Source: Promethearchaeota archaeon
GTDB lineage: Archaea > Asgardarchaeota > Lokiarchaeia > Sigyniarchaeales > SOKP01
DNA: 53,623 nucleotides
Reading direction: 5' to 3'
NCBI GenBank assembly: GCA_004524535.1
Contig: SDNY01000007.1
Location: 1 to 53,623 of the forward strand
Positions 46,786 through 53,623 of the stretch are shown one piece after another. Position numbers and translations under genes: made by a program. A model generated the notes under the pieces. It was not told where the DNA came from and searched no databases. It saw nothing but the letters and a program-made list of their open reading frames with translations. The first letter of the stretch is position 1. Each line of letters begins with the position of its first letter.

Positions 46786-48063
46786 TTATAAATCTGCGCA
46801 AAGGAATACAATAATTTCTTTTATGTAAGTTTTCACATCTTTTAATTTAATAGTTTCATTTACACCATGTGCATTTGAGCCGGGATTTCCATTTCCGTGC
46901 ATAATCATGTCATAATCTGTTAAATATCCCATATCAGTAGACCCCGACATTCCTATAGTGAGGATTTTTTCAATGGGTATATTTTGAACTAAACTCATGA
47001 CTTTTTTAATTCTATTAGATGCTGGTGAATTACCCTCAATTCTGAGAGCTGGATATCCCCAAATGAATGTTGTTTTTACATCTAAAGCCTTACTCTTCTC
47101 TTTTCCTCGTTTAATAGCTTCTTTTATTTCTTTTTCAATATCTTCAATATTCTCATCAGGGATATACCGTCGATTAACGGTTAAGGTACAGAGATCTGGT
47201 ACGATATTTGATTTTTCTCCTGATCTAATTATGTCTAGATTAAACATAGGACTCATATTTCGCTTCTCGCCAGTCCCTAGTTTTGGGAATCCCGGGATAT
47301 CTTTGCTTTCACGTTCTTCTACAGTTTTTTTAAGCAGCATAAGCTCATTTAAAATCGGGATCATCTCTTCTAACGCATTTACCCCCAAGAAATTCATACC
47401 AGAGTGGCAACTTCTTCCATGAGTTTGTATTATTACATCTAAATGCCCTGCTGCACCCAATGGGATGATAGGGCTGATTACTCCCTCCATACAAAACACA
47501 ATTCCCTTTACATATCCCTCTTCTTCTAAATATTTGATTCCAGGATATTGCCCTCCCTCCTCATCAGTACAAAGAAGGACATTGATATTATATTTTGGTG
47601 TTAATTTCATTTTTTCAATAATCTCTAAAGCGAGAATGAGGCTAACCATGGAACCCTTCATATCTGAGGTGCCACGACCATATATCTTTCCACTTTTTAT
47701 CATAGTAGCTTCAAATGGGTCAAAACGCCATTTCTTTTTTCCATCATTAGGGGCGGGCACTACATCCATATGAGCATAGAAGCTAATTTCCTCTTTTTGT
47801 TTAAAATCTTTGACAGCTACAAGATTGACACGAGGGCCTTCTAAGCCTAAGGGATCATCTTTTAAAAGCTCCTCTGGAACCGTTACCTCTTTAGTAGAAT
47901 ATCCTAATTCCTTAAAATATGGTTTTACAGCTTTAACAAATTCTGGATAGTTCTTACCAGGTGGGATGGTTGTATTAATATTAATAACCGTTCTCATTAA
48001 ATCCATGATTTTATCGGTATCTAAATTGTCAACTTCTTCAAAAATTTCGTTTAAATTAATCAT
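46786..48063 (-). CDS. M20 family metallo-hydrolase (ArgE/DapE-like)
   Basis: HMDVVP, YGRGTSDMKG, TDEEGG, AHGVNE motifs. Confidence 0.9.
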   Translation of the reverse strand: MINLNEIFEEVDNLDTDKIMDLMRTVININTTIPPGKNYPEFVKAVKPYFKELGYSTKEVTVPEELLKDDPLGLEGPRVNLVAVKDFKQKEEISFYAHMDVVPAPNDGKKKWRFDPFEATMIKSGKIYGRGTSDMKGSMVSLILALEIIEKMKLTPKYNINVLLCTDEEGGQYPGIKYLEEEGYVKGIVFCMEGVISPIIPLGAAGHLDVIIQTHGRSCHSGMNFLGVNALEEMIPILNELMLLKKTVEERESKDIPGFPKLGTGEKRNMSPMFNLDIIRSGEKSNIVPDLCTLTVNRRYIPDENIEDIEKEIKEAIKRGKEKSKALDVKTTFIWGYPALRIEGNSPASNRIKKVMSLVQNIPIEKILTIGMSGSTDMGYLTDYDMIMHGNGNPGSNAHGVNETIKLKDVKTYIKEIIVFLCADL

Positions 48064-48234
48064 TTAATATCCCTAAATTTTTAATTTTTAATTTTTAATT
48101 TAATTAATCTTATTTAAGATATAATAAAACTATTCGTAGGAAAAGAAAGAAAAAAGCCGAATTTTATTTCTTAGAGGTAAGTATCTTTTTTCATAAAAAA
48201 TCTTCCATTTCAATCAGCGTCGATTTAGGTAAGT

Positions 48235-49365
48235 TTACCATAGTAATATTCTATTGCATTTTTTACAAACTCCATGGTTAATTTGCATATTAATGCAATT
48301 TTCATGGTAAGCAGCTCCGCATTCTTTACAGAGATAAATATTTCCACTAAATCCGGAAAAATTTTTACCACAGAAGACACATTTACTGGAAAATGAAAAA
48401 TTTTTGTCGTTTGCTTCTATAATTTGAGAGGTACCAGACAAACCAATGCCGCTCCCAGCTGTAGTTGGTGTTAGATAATCGTTTGATTGAGGAGACCTTA
48501 TCCGTTGTCCTTCTAATTGAGCTTGGGAAGGAGATTGTTGTTGAGGTGGAGTTTCCCAATCTGAAACATACCGCTCCGCTGGTTTTTTGTCAAGACCCAT
48601 TTTCTGTGATATCTTTTCATCTAAAATATTTGTTATAATTAATGCTGAGGCGTATTTTCCTTTAGCACCTCCTTTTTGAAGATGAGTATGAGAAATCATG
48701 TGAATTATTCGGCCCCCTTTTTTTCCAAAATCAAAATATACTAATACTGGAGATTCGCCCCATTTCTGTTTAAGCTCATTTGAAGCTATTAATACCTCAA
48801 CAGCGGCAGATTTTAAAATTTGAATAGGAAAAGATCGCGTTTCAAGCCACCAACGGAATTCTGTTTTTCCAGTATTCGCACTTGTTTTTTTAGCCCATTT
48901 ATTTTGCTGAATTTCACCTAAAACACCTTCTAAAAATGGATGATTTGGCTCTAAAATTTGACACGCAACAACAGCATCCTCTGTTTTTATTCCGTTCCAA
49001 CAAATATAACCAGGAAATATATTTTGGATAATATGGTGAATTGCCCAATCTGTTGTGAGTAACCATCCACCATTCGCCACAAAATCTTTAATTTTTGAAT
49101 GAGCAATAGGAGGAATTTCATCTCCAGGGCACCCAATTAAGACGAGATCATATGAATCCAAGTCAATTTTTAAGATATTTTTTGGTTTTATTATCGTCTT
49201 TTCAGAGGCATACATATGTTGAATAATTTTTTTCGGTTTTTCGAATCTGCCATCAATAGCGAGAATCTTTCCATGTTCTTCAACCGCTTTAACGACACCA
49301 CCCTTATTCAATGCCTCCATTTTACGTTTTTTGACTTCAGAATAAATATCTTTCCATGAACTCAT
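48235..49365 (-). CDS. Hypothetical protein: GATase-like N-terminal domain plus C-terminal RING/PHD-type zinc finger
   Basis: YDLVLIGCPG..FVANGGWLLTTDWA; C-terminal CVFC...CKEC...YHENC...CKKC. Confidence 0.65.
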   Translation of the reverse strand: MSSWKDIYSEVKKRKMEALNKGGVVKAVEEHGKILAIDGRFEKPKKIIQHMYASEKTIIKPKNILKIDLDSYDLVLIGCPGDEIPPIAHSKIKDFVANGGWLLTTDWAIHHIIQNIFPGYICWNGIKTEDAVVACQILEPNHPFLEGVLGEIQQNKWAKKTSANTGKTEFRWWLETRSFPIQILKSAAVEVLIASNELKQKWGESPVLVYFDFGKKGGRIIHMISHTHLQKGGAKGKYASALIITNILDEKISQKMGLDKKPAERYVSDWETPPQQQSPSQAQLEGQRIRSPQSNDYLTPTTAGSGIGLSGTSQIIEANDKNFSFSSKCVFCGKNFSGFSGNIYLCKECGAAYHENCINMQINHGVCKKCNRILLW

Positions 49366-49474
49366 TTATTTCTCAATCTCAATCTCATTAAAATTAAAAT
49401 TAAAAGGTTTATAGTGTTATCTTATAAATATTATAAATTGATACTTATTTATATTTTCATAGGTAGCGATATAT

Positions 49475-50977
49475 TTGAAACAAAATCTTATAGATTTAGG
49501 ATCTCCATCAGAGTTTTGGGAATATTTTGAACAAATTTCTAGAATTCCTCGTTGTTCTGGCGAAGAAGAACAAATAAGAGATTTTATTATCAGAGAAGCC
49601 AAGAGCCTTAATTTCAATGCAAAAATAGACAAAGTAGGTAATCTCGTTATTAAAATTCCTTCAAAATCGGATAATAAAAGCGTAAAATCCGTAGTTTTAC
49701 AATGCCACATGGATATGGTGTGTGAAAAGAATAAAGAAATTCAACATGACTTCTCAAAAGATCCGTTGAAGTTGAAGATTGTTGAAATTGGTGGTGAAAA
49801 TTGGCTTACAGCAGAAGGAACAACTTTAGGTGCTGATAATGGAGTTGGCATTTCATATTTACTAACTTTAATGAAAAAAATCAATAAAGGAGAGCTCGTT
49901 TATAACTCATTAAACTTAGAATTTTTGTTTACGGTGGATGAGGAAGTTGGTCTTGTCGGAGCTTTTAATATTGATAAGGATTTAATAAAAGGTAAATATC
50001 TTATAAATCTTGATTCTGAAGAAGACGATAATTTCACTATAGGTTGTGCGGGGGGGATGAAAACCATCGGAGAAATAAAAATAAAGTATAATAAAATAGA
50101 AAAAGAGATAAATCCGATACCCATGAAGTTATCTATTACAGGTTTACTTGGAGGGCATTCGGGTGTTGATATTCATAGAGGGCGTGCTAATGCAATAAAG
50201 TTGATGGCTACTATTTTATGGAAACTTCATAAAGATAACTTTTTTGCCCTAAATTCCATCCAAGGAGGTAATAGAGCAAATGCAATTCCTAGGGAATGTT
50301 TTGTTATTTTATTTCTGCTTCCCGATGATTACTATCCAATAATGGAACTTTTCAATAAGATAAAGGAGGAAACAATATCAAGGTTTTCTGATATTGAGTC
50401 AAATTTAGAGATAAAATTGCAAAAGTTGGAGAATTTTAATGATAGAAAAATTTTTCCCGATAACCTTCTAAAAAATTTACTTCATATTCTTTATATCATG
50501 CCAAATGGACCAATTTCCATGCATTTAAAAATTCCTGATTTGGTGCATACTTCAACAAATTTAGGTTCCATTAATATTGAAAATGATTTTTTAAAAATAG
50601 TTACTAGTCAACGGAGTTTAGAAGAAATCTCAAAAGTTATAATCTGTGAAAGAATACACGCTTTAATGAAATTTGCGGGCAGGCATATTATTATAGAACA
50701 TGAGGGCAATTACCCTGGCTGGGAGCCTGATTTCAACTCTGAATTATTAAAAATATGCTCAGAAACCTTTAAAGAATTGTTCGATAAAGATCCCAATGTT
50801 CGCGCCATTCATGCCGGTTTAGAATGCGGAATATTAAAGGAACATTTTCCAGAAATGGAAGCAATCTCTATAGGTCCAACGGTTGAAGGAGCTCATTCGC
50901 CTGACGAACGTTTAAGAATTAGAAGTGTTGAGAAATTTTGGGACTACTTAATAAAATTACTCGATAGTATAAATTAA
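49475..50977 (+). CDS. pepD: Aminoacyl-histidine dipeptidase (M20C)
   Basis: IPRCSGEE, LQCHMDMVCEK, GTTLGADNG, NLDSEE, GGHSGVDIHRGRANA, IHAGLECG, HSPDER motifs. Confidence 0.93.
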   Translation: MKQNLIDLGSPSEFWEYFEQISRIPRCSGEEEQIRDFIIREAKSLNFNAKIDKVGNLVIKIPSKSDNKSVKSVVLQCHMDMVCEKNKEIQHDFSKDPLKLKIVEIGGENWLTAEGTTLGADNGVGISYLLTLMKKINKGELVYNSLNLEFLFTVDEEVGLVGAFNIDKDLIKGKYLINLDSEEDDNFTIGCAGGMKTIGEIKIKYNKIEKEINPIPMKLSITGLLGGHSGVDIHRGRANAIKLMATILWKLHKDNFFALNSIQGGNRANAIPRECFVILFLLPDDYYPIMELFNKIKEETISRFSDIESNLEIKLQKLENFNDRKIFPDNLLKNLLHILYIMPNGPISMHLKIPDLVHTSTNLGSINIENDFLKIVTSQRSLEEISKVIICERIHALMKFAGRHIIIEHEGNYPGWEPDFNSELLKICSETFKELFDKDPNVRAIHAGLECGILKEHFPEMEAISIGPTVEGAHSPDERLRIRSVEKFWDYLIKLLDSIN

Positions 50978-51118
50978 ATTTATCATAGATTTTTTCAGTT
51001 TACTTGATAAAATATATTAATTTGAAAATAATTATTTATTTAGAATATTTATTAAAAATTTATAATTAATTTTAAGAGATAATATATCAAAAACGCTTAT
51101 ACGTTTTTATATTAAACG

Positions 51119-51634
51119 ATGTCTAAGTTCGAGAGAATAAAAGAAAAGAAAGACATTAGCGGGTCAGAAACAATAGCTGAAAAAATCAGAAAGCGCACAC
51201 CATGGATTTTTGGGAAAAAACTTAGAAGACCTAAAATTGTTTTCCCCAGATTAAGGCGTCGAGGCATAACTGTGCCTACCCCAAGTAAGACTTTGGGTAT
51301 TTTTGTTATCTATATATTGTTATTTGTACTTCAAACAGGCATAATATATTTGATTTATAGGGAGCCTCCTGCGCTGGGAGCAGATAGTAAGGGAGATCCA
51401 ATTTTTCTTTATTCGAGTGTACACGATTCATTCATTATTGAAGGGATAGTCGCATCAATTCTGATTTTTATTTCTTCGACTGGGTTCATCTTGCTTTATC
51501 AAGCTTCAAAACACTCGTTTAATCGGACAATGGCTTTAAGAATTCTGGTTCTTGGTATAATTATGATCTTCGTGAGTTTCCTCGCACTTCAGTATCTTAT
51601 AGCAGTGAAGACGGGCAACGACCCATTCAAATAG
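51119..51634 (+). CDS. OST3/OST6/DC2(OSTC)-like oligosaccharyltransferase accessory subunit
   Basis: GIIYLIYREPPALG...FIIEGIVAS...GFILL, three TMs; resembles the DC2 pattern. Confidence 0.7.
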   Translation: MSKFERIKEKKDISGSETIAEKIRKRTPWIFGKKLRRPKIVFPRLRRRGITVPTPSKTLGIFVIYILLFVLQTGIIYLIYREPPALGADSKGDPIFLYSSVHDSFIIEGIVASILIFISSTGFILLYQASKHSFNRTMALRILVLGIIMIFVSFLALQYLIAVKTGNDPFK

Positions 51635-51747
51635 GCAAAGTATATTCACACATTTACCATGTTGGCATATTTAAACCATTCTTTTATTAGAGGAATTAAT
51701 TATTTATTTTGAATCCAAAATAATTTAATTTTTATTAAAATAAGAAC

Positions 51748-52887
51748 TCATTCTGCTTTACAAATTTTTATCTCATCGTAATCTACAAGTACTTTATAAA
51801 ATCCTCTCATTTTCTCATCCAATTCAGCTGATCGAGTGTCTAATCTTAAAATCTGATTATGAATATTTTGAAGTTTATACTTAGTAGAGAGAATAATTAT
51901 ATTCTGAGGACCGATTTTTTTTAAAATAATTGGCGAAAATTGTAAATTACCTCTTCCAAAAAGAAAACCTTGCCTTCCTATTAAAGATACAATTATTTTT
52001 GTCTTTTTGTCTTTAATATGGGTTAATATTTGCTGTTCGTTAAGATCTTGGGCTATAATTTTATTGTTTAAAAGCAGATCTATTCCTAGAACAGTTTTTT
52101 TTTGATTTAATCTATCTGTAATAGCTTTTGTAGTTGTTCCGGGTCCTATTAAATAATAAACGTCTTTTTCAAGAGATTCAACAATTCTTTTAGCAATTCG
52201 CTCTTGATTATTTAAATCAGAATTGGGAGACCCAATCTTAGAATATTGCAAATAATCAGGATTATAGGGGGTAAGTAAATATCCATAAAGTTTTGAAACC
52301 AATTTTCCTTTTCTATATTCTTCCTCATCAATATCTAAAACCTCTGATTCCTTTAAAGGAATTTCATCCCATAAGAATTGAATGATAATAGATGATGCCA
52401 TTCTAGGATTTATGGAAAAAACGCTAGAGTACACTTTTACGCCCGCAGGAATTCCGAGACTAGGTTTTTCTTTACCTATAGCACTTACGATATCTCTTGC
52501 AGTTCCATCACCGCCCACAAAGAGAATGAGTTTTAAATCTTTAATGCTTTTCATAATTTCTGCAGCAATGGTTGTATGCTCGGCGGTGGAATCATAAATC
52601 TCCGTTATATCATTAAAAATCGGGGCTTCAATGATCTCACAATCAAAATCCATTTTTTTTAGGATTAATTCTCCCATGAATTTAGGGCAAGTGATAAACT
52701 TAAGCTTAGATTTTACTGATTTTAATTCATTCAATAGCTCTATTGTCCTATTTAGAGCATTGGGGGTAGCTCCAAGATTAATGGCTTTTTCCAAAATATC
52801 TCTACCGTCTGTTCCCTTAAGACCGACTGAGCCTCCCATTCCCGAAATCGGATTTATAATTAATCCTAAAGTGAATTTATCAGGCAT
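51748..52887 (-). CDS. ATP-NAD kinase family protein (start likely MPDKF at 52887)
   Basis: INPISGMGGSVGLKGTDG, FVGGDGTARD, GIPAGVKVYS, GFLFGRGNLQ motifs. Confidence 0.88.
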   Translation of the reverse strand: MPDKFTLGLIINPISGMGGSVGLKGTDGRDILEKAINLGATPNALNRTIELLNELKSVKSKLKFITCPKFMGELILKKMDFDCEIIEAPIFNDITEIYDSTAEHTTIAAEIMKSIKDLKLILFVGGDGTARDIVSAIGKEKPSLGIPAGVKVYSSVFSINPRMASSIIIQFLWDEIPLKESEVLDIDEEEYRKGKLVSKLYGYLLTPYNPDYLQYSKIGSPNSDLNNQERIAKRIVESLEKDVYYLIGPGTTTKAITDRLNQKKTVLGIDLLLNNKIIAQDLNEQQILTHIKDKKTKIIVSLIGRQGFLFGRGNLQFSPIILKKIGPQNIIILSTKYKLQNIHNQILRLDTRSAELDEKMRGFYKVLVDYDEIKICKAE

Positions 52888-52949
52888 TTTTATATATATA
52901 TATACTAAAAATAAAAAAAAGAAAAAATTTTTTATAATTCTTAACGAGT

Positions 52950-53360
52950 TTATTTGCTTGCAACCCAACTTTCATAGTCAGACATCGAAAGCAAATTTCC
53001 TTTCTCAGCGTCAAGATTAGAAGGTTCTAGAGTAAATAACCAGCCTGCCCCATAAGGATCTTCGTTAATTTTTTCAGGCTCGTCCATTAAATTGCTATTG
53101 ACTTCTTTTACCGCTCCAGAAAGAGGAGAATATACGTCACCTACAGCTTTACTGGATTCAACAACGCAATCTATTGGATCGCTTGTCGGATCATCACCAG
53201 AAATTTGTACTTGGCTTAACGTTGCTCCATCAATTCCTTCTACATCAACAAAGCTAATTTCACCGAGTTGCTCCTGAGCGTAATCGGTAAGTCCAACGTG
53301 TCCGGAATCTGGATCATACCACTGGTGTGTCTTACTTACCAAATAAGATTCTTTTCCCAT
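52950..53360 (-). CDS. gcvH: Glycine cleavage system H protein
   Basis: VGLTDYAQEQLG, VESSKAVGDVYSPLSG lipoyl-Lys motif, INEDPYGAGW. Confidence 0.95.
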   Translation of the reverse strand: MGKESYLVSKTHQWYDPDSGHVGLTDYAQEQLGEISFVDVEGIDGATLSQVQISGDDPTSDPIDCVVESSKAVGDVYSPLSGAVKEVNSNLMDEPEKINEDPYGAGWLFTLEPSNLDAEKGNLLSMSDYESWVASK

Positions 53361-53484
53361 TTAAATCACTTTTTTTTTTTTACTTATAAGTTATTAATTA
53401 GTAATGATATGTTTTTTTAATAATATTAGAAATTAAAATTTTTTTATTGTTTTAAAATCAAATAACAAATTCTGTTAAAAGATA

Positions 53485-53623
53485 TTGACTCTTAAGGAAC
53501 AAGTTGACTATTACTCTGAATTTAAGCATTGGTATCGAAAAATTATTAAAGATTTCAAATTCGATGTGAAAAAAGATTATAAAGCACGTGATTTATTATC
53601 AGAAATACTAAGCAAAAAAGGTA
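53485..53623 (+). CDS. 5' part of a probable MptE/DUF115-like protein, truncated by the window edge
   Basis: Open frame TTG...FKHWYRKIIKDFKFDVKKDYKARDLL resembles DUF115 N-termini. Confidence 0.45.
   Translation, partial: MTLKEQVDYYSEFKHWYRKIIKDFKFDVKKDYKARDLLSEILSKKG

Noticed and set aside
193-53277. Numerous antisense or overlapping ORFs in the track (for example 193..564, 565..1218, 5032..5517, 8787..9257, 46997..47422)
   Set aside because: Shadow frames of well-supported genes on the opposite strand, with no motifs.

Overview
AT-rich archaeal chromosomal segment, most consistent with an Asgard archaeon of the Lokiarchaeia type. It carries selenocysteine machinery (tRNA-Sec, SepSecS, SelB) and eukaryote-signature-like genes (Vps28, Yip1, roadblock, OST3/OST6/DC2, EMC3/TMCO1). 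The main blocks are uL11-uL1-uL10-P1, secY, an inverted eL34-cmk-eL14 block and most of the S10/spc ribosomal-protein cluster. Main discovery: two essential ribosomal-protein genes, uL11 (92..619) and uS8 (33539..33951), are each interrupted by a tiny (30 and 29 nt) stop-containing insertion that folds into a bulge-helix-bulge (BHB) motif. Cutting at the standard BHB positions exactly restores the conserved protein, so these look like tRNA-type introns in mRNAs. The three tRNA genes (Ser-GGA, Ile-UAU, Sec-UCA) carry seven further BHB-type introns, mostly at non-canonical positions. The intron-bearing uS8 sits directly downstream of a free-standing GIY-YIG endonuclease-like gene inserted in the spc cluster, and its exon 1 has foreign-looking codon usage. 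An orphan uS8 5' fragment that breaks off almost at the intron site lies in a 2.3-kb insert bounded by a 70-bp direct repeat of the uS17/uL14 junction. Together these suggest an endonuclease-assisted mini-intron mobility system acting on ribosomal-protein genes (inference). All folds, alignments and counts were done by eye.
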